A DNA stretch of 64,000 nt, from contig DATLLJ010000103.1 of NCBI GenBank assembly GCA_035537875.1, forward strand, positions 2,999 through 66,998. The letters run 5' to 3'. The translations under genes and the position numbers were made by a program. Positions 44,723 to 53,324 of this stretch are shown here, one piece after another. Below the pieces are notes generated by a model. The model saw only the letters and a list, made by a program, of their open reading frames with translations. It searched no databases and was not told where the DNA came from. Every line of letters starts with the position of its first letter. Position 1 is the stretch's first letter. Source of the DNA: Vicinamibacterales bacterium (GTDB lineage Bacteria; Acidobacteriota; Vicinamibacteria; Vicinamibacterales; CAVVIG01).

Positions 44723-44899
44723 GTGGATCTTCACATCCGATGTCAGCGGTGCGGTACAGAAATGGAGCTGCGGGACCCGGCCCCCGGCATGCCGTGGCCG
44801 CCCGATCAATTCTGGGTGTGCCCGCGGTGCGGTCGCCATTTCTGGTCGACGTATCCGACGCCGGCCGCCAAACCCAAGCCCGCCGAATCGCCCTCCTGA
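44723..44899 (+). CDS. small zinc-ribbon protein (58 aa)
   Basis: Hand translation from GTG 44723: VDLHIRCQRCGTEMELRDPAPGMPWPPDQFWVCPRCGRHFWSTYPTPAAKPKPAESPS. It has two CxxC pairs. No clear RBS. Confidence 0.4.
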   Translation: MDLHIRCQRCGTEMELRDPAPGMPWPPDQFWVCPRCGRHFWSTYPTPAAKPKPAESPS

Positions 44900-44909
44900 G
44901 TCACATCTC

Positions 44910-45068
44910 ATGTTTCCCATGCAACTCGCTGACGACGTCGAGGACGATTTCGATGAAGATGACGACTTCGACGAAGACGAGGACGAGGGGAGCGACGAGG
45001 AGGAAGACGAGGACGAGGAAGACGACGTCGAGACCTGGCAGGTGGGCATTTCACCTGAATTCTGCTAA
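44910..45068 (+). CDS. hyper-acidic small protein (52 aa)
   Basis: MFPMQLADDVEDDFDEDDDFDEDEDEGSDEEEDEDEEDDVETWQVGISPEFC. GAC/GAG codon usage fits the genome. No clear RBS, so coding status is uncertain. Confidence 0.35.
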   Translation: MFPMQLADDVEDDFDEDDDFDEDEDEGSDEEEDEDEEDDVETWQVGISPEFC

Positions 45069-45082
45069 AGCTCAGCCCCGGC

Positions 45083-45110
45083 TTGACTTCCCCCGCTTAC
45101 CTGCTAGACT
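45083..45110 (+). promoter_or_regulatory. sigma70-type promoter candidate for csp
   Basis: TTGACT (45083-45088), a 16-nt spacer, then TAGACT (45105-45110). This would give a 5' UTR of about 140 nt, as is usual for cold-shock mRNAs. Confidence 0.5.
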
Positions 45111-45254
45111 GGCGCGAATTTGCCCAGCTCATCAGATGCTGGGACGCCTCGGCCGGCGCGCGTCTCGACAGCGTGGCACCCTTCTCGCGGTCGCCCGTCA
45201 CCGGCTGAGTCCCCCCGGGTAGGCCGGGGGGGTTCCGAACGGAGGGCTTCCGTC

Positions 45255-45461
45255 ATGCCAACCGGGACTATCGCTCGGCTCCTCATCGACAAGGGGTTTG
45301 GATTCATTCGCGACGAAGGTGGAATCGAACACTTCTTCCATCGCAGTTCAGTACGGGGTGCGGTGTTTGAATTGTTGCGAGAGGGGCAGAGGGTGGAATT
45401 CACCCCGGAAGAGTCTCAAAAAGGCCCGCGCGCCGGCGATGTCCGGCTCGTCGAAGGCTGA
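45255..45461 (+). CDS. csp: cold-shock protein (CspA family)
   Basis: MPTGTIARLLIDKGFGFIRDEGGIEHFFHRSSV carries RNP1 GFGFI and an RNP2-like FFH. GGAGGG RBS. Confidence 0.9.
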   Translation: MPTGTIARLLIDKGFGFIRDEGGIEHFFHRSSVRGAVFELLREGQRVEFTPEESQKGPRAGDVRLVEG

Positions 45462-45471
45462 CAACCACACT

Positions 45472-46182
45472 TCACGACTCGGCTCGACGGTGACCGTCGG
45501 GCCGAGCGTCCAGCAGCGCTAGAAACGCCTCGGTATCAGACAAGTCGTGGAAAACCACAGCGGCTCCGCTGTCTTGGAGCTGTTGCGCGCTGAACGGGCC
45601 CGTGGCCACTCCGATGGCACGTGCGCCGCTGGCCAGCGCGCACGCCATGTCGTGCGGTGTGTCGCCGACGACGATCACGTCGTCAGGATCGACGGCCGGA
45701 CCGCCGCGAGATCGCACACGTTCGAGCGCCTTCGGCACAAGATGGTTTCTGTCTTCGGCATCGTCTGCGAATGCGCCGCATCGGAAATAGCGCCACAAGT
45801 CAAAGTGCTCGAGCTTCAACCGCGCGGCCCGCTCGTAGTTGCCGGTCAGAAGGGCGAGATAGGCGTCGTCGCGCTCTGTGAGCGCCTCGAGTAACGCGCG
45901 GACCCCCGGCATGATCGCTTTGCGTGGATGTGGAGGTTCCAGCTCGCGTTCGAGGTGCTGGAGATAGGCGTCGCGAAAGCGCGCGAGGTCGGCTGGAGCA
46001 ATCCCGTGACGTTCGGCCGCGGCGGCGAGAATCCACGTGTCGGTGCGCCCGGCCATCGGGATGTCGCGGAACCCGTCGGCGATGTCGAACAGATCTTCGA
46101 ACGCGCGAGCCATCGCACGTTGGCCCGCTCCGCCGGTCAGTACGAGCGTCCCGTCGATATCGAACAGAAGAATCGTAGCCAC
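45472..46182 (-). CDS. HAD-superfamily hydrolase (phosphoglycolate phosphatase-like)
   Basis: Motif I is FDIDGTLV, and motif IV is VVGDTPHD. GTG start verified. Confidence 0.8.
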   Translation of the reverse strand: MATILLFDIDGTLVLTGGAGQRAMARAFEDLFDIADGFRDIPMAGRTDTWILAAAAERHGIAPADLARFRDAYLQHLERELEPPHPRKAIMPGVRALLEALTERDDAYLALLTGNYERAARLKLEHFDLWRYFRCGAFADDAEDRNHLVPKALERVRSRGGPAVDPDDVIVVGDTPHDMACALASGARAIGVATGPFSAQQLQDSGAAVVFHDLSDTEAFLALLDARPDGHRRAES

Positions 46183-46219
46183 GCCGCGCGTGATTGTACG
46201 CCGACGGCTGACAGCGAAC

Positions 46220-46420
46220 TCAGCCTTCGCTGCGGACGTTGCCGGCGCGGGGGCCCTTGGCAGACGGCTCCTCCTCGAAGCTGACGCGCTGCCCCTCGTT
46301 CAACTGGTCGAAGCTTCCCTCGACGGAACTACGATGGAAAAACCATTCCTGCCCGCCGTCGTCGCGAATGAACCCAAATCCTCTGTCCCGAACGAGTCGT
46401 TTGATCGTGCCGGTCGGCAT
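46220..46420 (-). CDS. csp: cold-shock protein (CspA family)
   Basis: MPTGTIKRLVRDRGFGFIRDDGGQEWFFHRSSV. AAGGAGA RBS before ATG 46420. Confidence 0.9.
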   Translation of the reverse strand: MPTGTIKRLVRDRGFGFIRDDGGQEWFFHRSSVEGSFDQLNEGQRVSFEEEPSAKGPRAGNVRSEG

Positions 46421-46572
46421 CCGAGTCTCCTTGGGCACACGGCGCCCAAAGGGTGAGGATTATCAAGTTTCGTTCCAGTTGGGCCGATTGGAGTTTTGGC
46501 CCAATATGGCGGAGTTTCGGAGGCTCGACCGTCCCAAATGGCAAAAAGCCTGTCCGGACGTGTATGAAATGA

Positions 46573-47307
46573 CTAATTGTGAAAGAGGCGATGGAGGAGC
46601 GTACTCGGAGGCTCGGCCATCCTGCCCGTCGCCGGCTCGTGGGTTAGCACCCTCGTGGCCACGGCTCGGGCGAACCGCCGGTCCGACGTCGCTGCGAGGA
46701 CCGCGCATTTCCGACGTTCGGCAACTCGCCGAATCTCCGTGCCGATGGCCTCGGCGGCGCCAGCCGTCAGCCGGGCGCTGGCATGCTCGAGTATCAGCAC
46801 CGACGGATCGAGCGCGAGCGCTCGCGCAACACGCAGCCTCAGGCGGCCGTCAGCGTCGAGTTCGGAGACGGGACGTGACCAGAGTGCATCGGGAATCCGC
46901 ACTTCCTCGGCCAGAAGCCCAGCACGCCGGCGCAACTCGTCAGACGGCGGATCGATGTCGAGCGTCAAGGGCATGGCCAGGTTCTGGATGACCGAGAAGG
47001 CCTCGAGCAGAACCGCGCGCTCGCTGACGATGCCGAACCGATCGACCATCGCCAGCCAGTCTGCACTTTCGTCGATGGACGCTGTCGTTCTGCCGAAGAC
47101 CGTGACGGTGCCGCGATCCGGAAGCGTGGCACCGGTCACCAGGTTGACGAACGTCTCCGCCATGGCCTGGTCCAGTCCCAGCAGCGCGACACGTTCCGCT
47201 GGGCGAACGAGCAGCTTCTCGATTCGAAGCGGACGCAATCCCTGGTAGTTCTTGGACATGTCCGCGATCTCGACGAGCGGCTCTGGGGTGTCGGACGGCA
47301 CGTTCAC
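46573..47307 (-). CDS. ABC-ATPase-fold protein with all catalytic motifs degenerate
   Basis: It aligns by eye to the ABC NBD layout. Walker A is LLGLDQAMAETF instead of GxxGxGKS/T. The signature is LDADG instead of LSGGQ. Walker B is VLILEHAS instead of hhhhDEP. Confidence 0.65.
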   Translation of the reverse strand: MNVPSDTPEPLVEIADMSKNYQGLRPLRIEKLLVRPAERVALLGLDQAMAETFVNLVTGATLPDRGTVTVFGRTTASIDESADWLAMVDRFGIVSERAVLLEAFSVIQNLAMPLTLDIDPPSDELRRRAGLLAEEVRIPDALWSRPVSELDADGRLRLRVARALALDPSVLILEHASARLTAGAAEAIGTEIRRVAERRKCAVLAATSDRRFARAVATRVLTHEPATGRMAEPPSTLLHRLFHN

Positions 47308-47645
47308 GATCCGAGGAGCCGGTTGACTTCGTCGACGATGCGGGACGATTCGGAGAGGGCGGAAATCTCGACCTTCAATGCAACGACATTCGCGAGAATG
47401 GCCGCATATGCGAACAGCTGGTGGACGATCGGCGGAAGAGCTCCCGTATCGACGCTGGCCCCGACGATGGCCGCCGTCATCGTGACGCCCATGGCCAGCG
47501 TTCCAAACGTGAAGACCGGCTTTCGCGCCAGCGCGATTCGACGATACTGGTCGCCGCTCAGGCTGCCCTCCAGCATGGCATCCTTGACGGCCTTTCCCTT
47601 CCCGATGAGATAGAACATCATCATCGAGTGGGCGAGGAGCAGCAC
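47304..47645 (-). CDS. membrane protein, partner of the degenerate ABC protein
   Basis: ATGA-type overlap with the downstream gene. The frame stays open and hydrophobic for about 45 more codons upstream (YDRLLAQALLTAVAIGLVGLIGAAVIGV...) without any ATG, GTG or TTG. The true start may therefore be non-canonical. Confidence 0.5.
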   Translation of the reverse strand: MLLLAHSMMMFYLIGKGKAVKDAMLEGSLSGDQYRRIALARKPVFTFGTLAMGVTMTAAIVGASVDTGALPPIVHQLFAYAAILANVVALKVEISALSESSRIVDEVNRLLGS

Positions 47646-47786
47646 GAGCGTAGAGAAAAACCCGAAGGAGAGGTGAACGGCAAGGTCGCGGCCTTGAACA
47701 CCGATGACCGCCGCGCCGATCAGCCCGACCAGGCCGATTGCGACCGCCGTGAGCAGCGCCTGAGCCAGGAGCCGATCATAAGCGAT

Positions 47787-48299
47787 TTGCCTTCGCCGTT
47801 TGTGCTGGCCTGGCTCGACCCCGTGTCAAGGCTCGTCGGCGGCTCGGCCGCGGCGATCGATGTCGCGATGGGCTCGGGGCGCCATGCGTATCTGCTCGCA
47901 CGGTCCGGCTTTCGAACCTTCGGAGTCGATATCCGGCTGGACGCGGTGCGGAAAGCCGCCGCTCGCGCTCGCGCAGAGGGCCTGGTCGTGCGTGCGTGGT
48001 GCGGGGACCTGACGCAGGTCCCGCTGCCCCGCGAGCGATTCGACGTCGTGGTCGTCACCCGCTTTCTGGAGCGTGACCTGTTTGCATCGATCCGGACCAC
48101 GCTGAAGTCTGGCGGGATCCTGCTCTACGAGACGTTCACGGTTGCCCAACGGCGCCTGGGATTCGGGCCGACGTCGCCCCAGCATCTCCTCGAGCCCGGC
48201 GAACTTCTCCGGCGCCTCGAGGGCTTCGAGGTCCTGATGTACGAGGAGACCGAGTCGCCCGAAGCCGTGGCGCGCATCGTCGCGCGGCGCCCGCGGTGA
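47787..48299 (+). CDS. class I SAM-dependent methyltransferase
   Basis: Motif I is AIDVAMGSGRHAYLLARSGFRTFGVD, and post-I is DVVVVTRFL. Start is TTG 47787 or GTG 47802. The upstream part of the track ORF is antisense junk. Confidence 0.7.
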   Translation: MPSPFVLAWLDPVSRLVGGSAAAIDVAMGSGRHAYLLARSGFRTFGVDIRLDAVRKAAARARAEGLVVRAWCGDLTQVPLPRERFDVVVVTRFLERDLFASIRTTLKSGGILLYETFTVAQRRLGFGPTSPQHLLEPGELLRRLEGFEVLMYEETESPEAVARIVARRPR

Positions 48300-48315
48300 A
48301 TCGGCAGCCTGACAT

Positions 48316-48330
48316 CTACAATCTGCAATT
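48316..48330. repeat. Two degenerate CTGCAAT-type octamers between convergent gene ends
   Basis: ctacaatc tgcaatt. This is a short relative of the 3286 and 44524 arrays. Confidence 0.5.
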
Positions 48331-49146
48331 TCTCCGTCGGACGAGTTGCTCGTACGCTTCGAGCGGCAGGCTCACCGCGCCCGGATGCGGCGGGCCGTGC
48401 GAATCGTCGCCGTGGAAATCGGACCCCCCGCTCACGGCAATGCCCATCGACTGAGCGATCGTCAGATAGCGCGACGTGGCAGCGGCGTCGTGCTCGCTGT
48501 GGTAGGCCTCGAGAGCGTCGAGGCCATCGGCGACGAACCCTTCGATCCACTCGTCATGTCGAACGAGCGCCGGGTGGGCAAGCGCTGCGACCCCTCCGGC
48601 GCCGTGAATCCGCGTGAACACTTCCGCGGGCGACGCGCCACACCGCGGAATGAAAGCCGGCTTCCCGTGGCCGAGCCATCGATCGAACGCTTCGCTTGCG
48701 CTACCGACGTAACCGCCGGCGACGAGCGCGCGCGCGATCCAGGGGCGACCGGCTGCCTTTCGCGGATCGTCGATGGCAGGGCGTAGAAGCTCCTCCTCGT
48801 CCAGCGGAATCCCGAGATCGGCGAGACGCGCGACGATCTGGCGGACACGGTCCACCCGCGCCTGGCGCTGCGTCCTCAGGAACTCGTTGAGTGAGGGAGA
48901 GGTCACGTCGAAGAAGTAACCGAGGATGTGCACGTCGCGTCTGCCATGTGCCGCGGTGATTTCGATTCCCGGAACGAATTCAATCCCGTTCGCGGTGCAC
49001 GCGGCGGCGGTCGCCTCGCACCCGCTCACCGTGTCGTGATCGGTCACAGCGAGCACGTCCACGCCGGACGCTCGGGCGCGCGCGACGAGTTCGGCCGGCG
49101 TACAGCGACCGTCGGATTCGATCGTGTGCGTATGGAGATCGATCAA
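48316..49146 (-). CDS. PHP-domain phosphoesterase (TrpH/YciV-like)
   Basis: LIDLHTHTIESDGR...AVTDHD...GGSDFHG metal-binding motifs. The only start compatible with the domain is TTG 49146-49144, which overlaps the TGA of the Fur-fusion gene (TTGA). Confidence 0.8.
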   Translation of the reverse strand: MIDLHTHTIESDGRCTPAELVARARASGVDVLAVTDHDTVSGCEATAAACTANGIEFVPGIEITAAHGRRDVHILGYFFDVTSPSLNEFLRTQRQARVDRVRQIVARLADLGIPLDEEELLRPAIDDPRKAAGRPWIARALVAGGYVGSASEAFDRWLGHGKPAFIPRCGASPAEVFTRIHGAGGVAALAHPALVRHDEWIEGFVADGLDALEAYHSEHDAAATSRYLTIAQSMGIAVSGGSDFHGDDSHGPPHPGAVSLPLEAYEQLVRRRNCRL

Positions 49147-50159
49147 CGTGCGAGTTTGGCGGACGGCGCCAGTTTCGCGGGCTTGGCCGGCAGCGTTCCT
49201 CGCCGAGGCCGACGTCGCGCCTGGCGCTGGCGGAGCGAACGATACTCGCGGATCAGCAGATCGAGATGCGCGCGCTCTTCGTCGGCGAACTCGAGAAAGA
49301 CCTGCTTGCCCTCGGAGTCCTCGAAGCGTTCCCCGTAGCGCTTGAAGAACTTGTGGGATCCCCGCTCGCACTTGATGCCGATGAGCAGCGCCTCGGCGTC
49401 GTTCACCCCGCGGCGCAGCTGCTCGGTGCCGGCGTCGAACAGGCCGTGCGCCGCCCCTTTGAAGAACAGGAACGTGGGACGCGCTTCGAGCTGCGGGTCC
49501 TTCTTCATGAGCTCGCGGTAGCGTTCCTCGAGGACGCCCAGGTGGTGGCGCTCTTCGGCGGCCAGCTCCTGAAAGACCGTGCGACCCCGCTGATCTCTGG
49601 TGAGCGATGCGGCTCGATTGTAAAACTCCAGCCCGCTTCGTTCCGTCGCAATCGCCATCCGCAGCGCGTCGCGCGCAAAGACGAGCTCCGTGGTCGCCCC
49701 GTCCATCGGGGCCGTCCGCCTGCCGGTCCGGCAATCCTCGCAGACGCCGAAGATCTGGAGGACCGAGCGCGCCGCCGTGAACCCGCGCGCGCTGGCCACT
49801 TCCTCCATCAGCACTTCGATATCGGAGCTCAGGAATTCGGACGAGCGGCGACACTGATCGCAGACGAGGTGGAAATGCCGGGGATGCCGATAGGCCGGCT
49901 CGTACCGCGACCGGCCTTCGCCAAAATCGACCTTGCGGGCGATGTTGGCGTCGACCATCCACTGAAGGGTGCGGTACACCGTCGCGCGCCCGATCCCGGG
50001 ACCGGCCTGACGGACCAGATCGAACAGATCGTCGGCGCTGACATGTCCCTTCTGCTGCAGGAAAATGTCGAGGATCCGTTCGCGCTTGCCGGACCGCTTG
50101 CCGCCGGCTGGACGGAGTTTGGAGTAATCGGGGAGTGGTCGGTCCACGCGGCTCCGCAC
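49143..50159 (-). CDS. Fur-family regulator fused to a rubrerythrin/ferritin-like diiron domain
   Basis: Residues about 20-150 form the Fur part: a winged helix (GRATVYRTLQWMV), an HFHLVCDQC...CEDC zinc site. Residues about 165-320 form a four-helix bundle with E (ERSGLEFY), ExxH (EERHH), E (CERGSHKFF) and ExxH (EERAH). Confidence 0.75.
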   Translation of the reverse strand: MRSRVDRPLPDYSKLRPAGGKRSGKRERILDIFLQQKGHVSADDLFDLVRQAGPGIGRATVYRTLQWMVDANIARKVDFGEGRSRYEPAYRHPRHFHLVCDQCRRSSEFLSSDIEVLMEEVASARGFTAARSVLQIFGVCEDCRTGRRTAPMDGATTELVFARDALRMAIATERSGLEFYNRAASLTRDQRGRTVFQELAAEERHHLGVLEERYRELMKKDPQLEARPTFLFFKGAAHGLFDAGTEQLRRGVNDAEALLIGIKCERGSHKFFKRYGERFEDSEGKQVFLEFADEERAHLDLLIREYRSLRQRQARRRPRRGTLPAKPAKLAPSAKLAR

Positions 50160-50243
50160 AGCGGACCCTTCCGGGGGGGCCGCTACCCTGGCAGATCCGT
50201 ATGGACCCGCCTGATGTGGCGCTGTTTACGCCCGACGTGGCGT

Positions 50244-50573
50244 TTATTCAACCGAGAACGACTGGCCGCACCCGCACGTCGAGGTCGCGTGCGGGTTCTT
50301 GATCGTGAAGCCGCCTCCCGTGATGGTGTCAACGAAGTCGACTTCCGCGCCGGTCAGATAGCGTACGCTGATAGGATCGACGAAGAGCTTGACCCCGTGC
50401 GACTCGAACACCATGTCGCCGGCGCCCTGCCCGTTCTCTTCGATCATCAACCCGTACTGAAAGCCTGAGCAACCGCCACCCTGCACGAACACCCGGAGCC
50501 CGCTGCCAGCCTTGTTTTCTTCGCTCAGGAGCTCGTTGATTTTGGACGCCGCGGCTTCAGAGACGTTGATCAT
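50244..50573 (-). CDS. erpA: HesB/IscA/ErpA-type Fe-S cluster insertion protein
   Basis: GGGCSGFQYG and a C-terminal STCGCGQSF. 109 aa. Confidence 0.85.
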   Translation of the reverse strand: MINVSEAAASKINELLSEENKAGSGLRVFVQGGGCSGFQYGLMIEENGQGAGDMVFESHGVKLFVDPISVRYLTGAEVDFVDTITGGGFTIKNPHATSTCGCGQSFSVE

Positions 50574-50620
50574 GGATACCTCTCAAATCCCTCGGAATTG
50601 CCTTCTATTATAGCAGTACC

Positions 50621-51559
50621 GTGCCGTACGTCCCGGTCGCCTACCTCCCGCAAGCCGAGATCCTCCGCTCAGCCGAGCGCCGCTGGGGCGCGCTCCGGGA
50701 AGCCAATCCCCAGCTCCGGGAGGCCGTCGATCTCCAGCGAGGTCTGCTCTTGCGGGTTTTGGACCTCAGCCGGGCCATCGACAGCGGCCGCCTTCCGCGG
50801 CTCTCGCTGCCGGGCAAATACCTCGCCGCCAAACTGGCGCGCCGGATCCCGGCTCTTTCGGGGGAACCGATCCCGGTGCCGGGACCGTTGCTGACGGCCT
50901 CGCTGGTCGAGTTCTGCGCCGACCTCGCCGCTGGCGGCGCGGGCGAGGCAGCGACCAACCTCGCGGCTGCCATCGAAGCTGGCCGCGTCGACGGCGGCTC
51001 GCTCCTGGCCGCCTGCCTTGCACGGGACCAGGAAACGGTCCGGTCCGGGGCCAACCATCTGGGGCTCGCACCGGATCTCGCCTGGCTCGTGGCCGAGCTG
51101 GCCGTGGGGCCGGTCGCGCACTCGCTGCAGCGGACGATATTCTCCGGCCAGCCCGGGCCTCTGGCCGAAGCGCTGGCGGCATGGGACGAGGGGTATTGTC
51201 CGGCGTGCGGTTCGTGGCCGGCGCTGGCCGAGGTCGTCGACCACCATCGCCTGCTGCGCTGCTCATTCTGCGCAGCGGCCTGGGAACGCACCCAGTACGC
51301 GTGCGTGTACTGCAACGAAGGCGGCGAGGCGTTCGCGACGGTGGCTCCCGACGTCGAGCGGCCCGATCGCCGGCTCGAGGTCTGCCGCGGCTGCGGCGCG
51401 TACCTCAAGGCGACCGATTCAGAGGAGACCTCGCCGTTTCCTCTCATCGCCATCGCCGACATGGAAACCATGGATCTCGACGTGGCGGCCATGGACCATC
51501 AGTACGGGCGGCCACCGCTCAGGGACTTCAGGGTCGGCTCGAAGGTTCGACTGACTTAA
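50621..51559 (+). CDS. fdhE: FdhE-like protein (four CxxC rubredoxin-type motifs)
   Basis: CPACGSWP, CSFCAAAW, CVYCNE and CRGCGAYLK in the spacing typical of FdhE. No formate dehydrogenase gene is present in the window. Confidence 0.65.
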   Translation: MPYVPVAYLPQAEILRSAERRWGALREANPQLREAVDLQRGLLLRVLDLSRAIDSGRLPRLSLPGKYLAAKLARRIPALSGEPIPVPGPLLTASLVEFCADLAAGGAGEAATNLAAAIEAGRVDGGSLLAACLARDQETVRSGANHLGLAPDLAWLVAELAVGPVAHSLQRTIFSGQPGPLAEALAAWDEGYCPACGSWPALAEVVDHHRLLRCSFCAAAWERTQYACVYCNEGGEAFATVAPDVERPDRRLEVCRGCGAYLKATDSEETSPFPLIAIADMETMDLDVAAMDHQYGRPPLRDFRVGSKVRLT

Positions 51560-52200
51560 TCCCGCTGCGAACCCTTTCCTGTGCCAGCGGGCTTTGGCCG
51601 CGGTGGGGTGACGGGCGTGATCGAACGGCCCCCACGGTCTCCGCGGCCGGAATATTGCTTGGTTGATCTCGGCGTGGGGCTGGTTCAATTGTCAGCGAGC
51701 AAGTAGACAGAGGGAACCGCGTATGGACGACTGGATTGGACTGCTCGTTGTGCTCGTCGTGTGGACCGTCGTTCAGACGTGGCTGCTTCCGCGGCTGGGT
51801 GTGCCGACGTGAGCGGTCCCCACGCCGCGCCGGACGGCGCGAAGAAGGGACGCCAACGAGGAAACGCCATCTCCCTGACACTCCTCGCAGGGAGTCGTCA
51901 TGAAGTGCGGCTGGCACATTGTTCACGAGCTGCTCCTCGAGCGGGTGTGGCAACGGCGTAAGAATCTCACCGCGTGCGACGCCGTGTACGTGGCACTTGA
52001 CTCGCCATGACTTGCCGGTGACGTCAGTCGGAACTTCAGCGCGCGAGAAATTCCCCAACACCCGCGGAAATTCAGGATCGCGATCGCTGCCGGAATCCCG
52101 GCACGTCCTTCAGAAACCGCCCCTGGGTGTCGCGGTTCAGCGGCTGATCGCGGTATGCCGCTTGCTATCAGCCCGTGCATTGACCCATCGCATCGAAGGG

Positions 52201-53310
52201 GTGAGCGCGGGGTGGAGGACGCCGACGTACCTCCGCGTAGCCTGTCTCATCCTTGGAATCGTAACGCTCGGTCCGGCGGCTGACGCCCTGGCGCAGACGA
52301 CTCGGACTGGTCCTCAGATCTATGAGTCGGCGTGTGCAGCGTGCCATGGCAGCGACGGCCGCGGGACGCCGGCGGCCGCGTCTGACTACCCTCTGGTGCC
52401 ACCCGACTTCTCCGGTTGCAGCTTTGCTACCAGAGAGCCGTCGGCCGACTGGGTGGCCGTGAGCCATGCGGGCGGTCCGGCGCGTGCCTTCAACCGCTTG
52501 ATGCCGGCGTTTGGCGAGGCGCTCTCGAGGGCGGAAATAGAGCTCGCTGTCTCGCACGCCCGAAGTTTCTGCGAGGACGACGCCTGGCCGCGGGGGGAGC
52601 TCAATCTGCCGCGCGCGCTCGTCACGACCAAGGCATTTCCGGAAGACGAGGCGGTGGTTACGGTCACCGCCGATGGCGGCGCCGTCATCAACAAGTTCGT
52701 GTTCGAGCAGCGGCTCGGCCCTCGTAACCAGTACGAAGTGATCGTGCCGCTGGCGTTTTCCGAGCGCACGCCTGGCGATTGGACAGGAGGCGTGGGCGAT
52801 CTGGCCTTTGCGTTCAAGCGTGTGGTCGCTCACAGCCTTTCGCGCGGCAACATCTTCAGCGCTGGCGCCGAGCTCGTTGTCCCGACCGGCAGCACGGAGC
52901 GGGACATTGGCGGTGGAACGACGGTGGCGGAACCGTTTGCAACCTTCGGGCAGCGTCTTCCTGCTCGCACCTTTCTCCAGGTGCAGGTGGGCGGAAGCGT
53001 CCCGTTCAACCGCGACCATTCCGACGAGTTGTTCTGGCGCACTGCAGTCGGCCAGCAATTCAGGCAGGGCGAGTTCGGACGTCTCTGGGCACCGATGGTC
53101 GAGATTCTCGGGTCGCGCGAATTGACGTCGGACGCCGCGGCGCACTGGGACGTCGTGCCGCAAGTACACATCACGTTGAGCACGCGCCAGCACATCAGGG
53201 CCAATGTGGGCGCCAGAATTCCGGTCAACGAGCGCACCGGACGCTCGACACAGTACCTCGGGTACTTCCTGTGGGAATGGTTCGGCGGCGGGCTGCTGAC
53301 CGGCTGGTGA
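52201..53310 (+). CDS. monohaem cytochrome c domain fused to an outer-membrane beta-barrel-like domain
   Basis: Start is GTG 52201 (TTG 52180 is an alternative). Signal peptide is LRVACLILGIVTLGPAADALA-QT. The haem site is CAACH with a distal MPAF. About 270 aa of alternating-strand sequence follow, ending ...FLWEWFGGGLLTGW. The aromatic C-terminus resembles MetA/phenol-pathway-type barrels. Confidence 0.6.
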   Translation: MSAGWRTPTYLRVACLILGIVTLGPAADALAQTTRTGPQIYESACAACHGSDGRGTPAAASDYPLVPPDFSGCSFATREPSADWVAVSHAGGPARAFNRLMPAFGEALSRAEIELAVSHARSFCEDDAWPRGELNLPRALVTTKAFPEDEAVVTVTADGGAVINKFVFEQRLGPRNQYEVIVPLAFSERTPGDWTGGVGDLAFAFKRVVAHSLSRGNIFSAGAELVVPTGSTERDIGGGTTVAEPFATFGQRLPARTFLQVQVGGSVPFNRDHSDELFWRTAVGQQFRQGEFGRLWAPMVEILGSRELTSDAAAHWDVVPQVHITLSTRQHIRANVGARIPVNERTGRSTQYLGYFLWEWFGGGLLTGW

Positions 53311-53324
53311 CGACCGAGACAAGG

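Noticed and set aside
44522-45049. N-terminal extension of track ORF 43874..45049 (poly-Ser, SSSSSSSSS...)
   Set aside because: The poly-Ser run is the antisense of the acidic GAC/GAG run, and the middle is the translated octamer array. The MobA-like domain starts at ATG 44521.
51723-51812. 29-codon TM mini-ORF (MDDWIGLLVVLVVWTVVQTWLLPRLGVPT) ending in TGA, considered as a possible selenocysteine read-through
   Set aside because: The downstream in-frame sequence is Arg-rich and stops after 21 codons. I see no SECIS-like hairpin. Too little evidence.
51900-52010. PIN-domain C-terminal fragment (MKCGWHIVHELLLERVWQRRKNLTACDAVYVALDSP)
   Set aside because: Only about 35 residues resemble PIN (nLt.yDA.YvaL). 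No N-terminal catalytic part could be reconstructed. Probably a relic, and not annotated as a feature.
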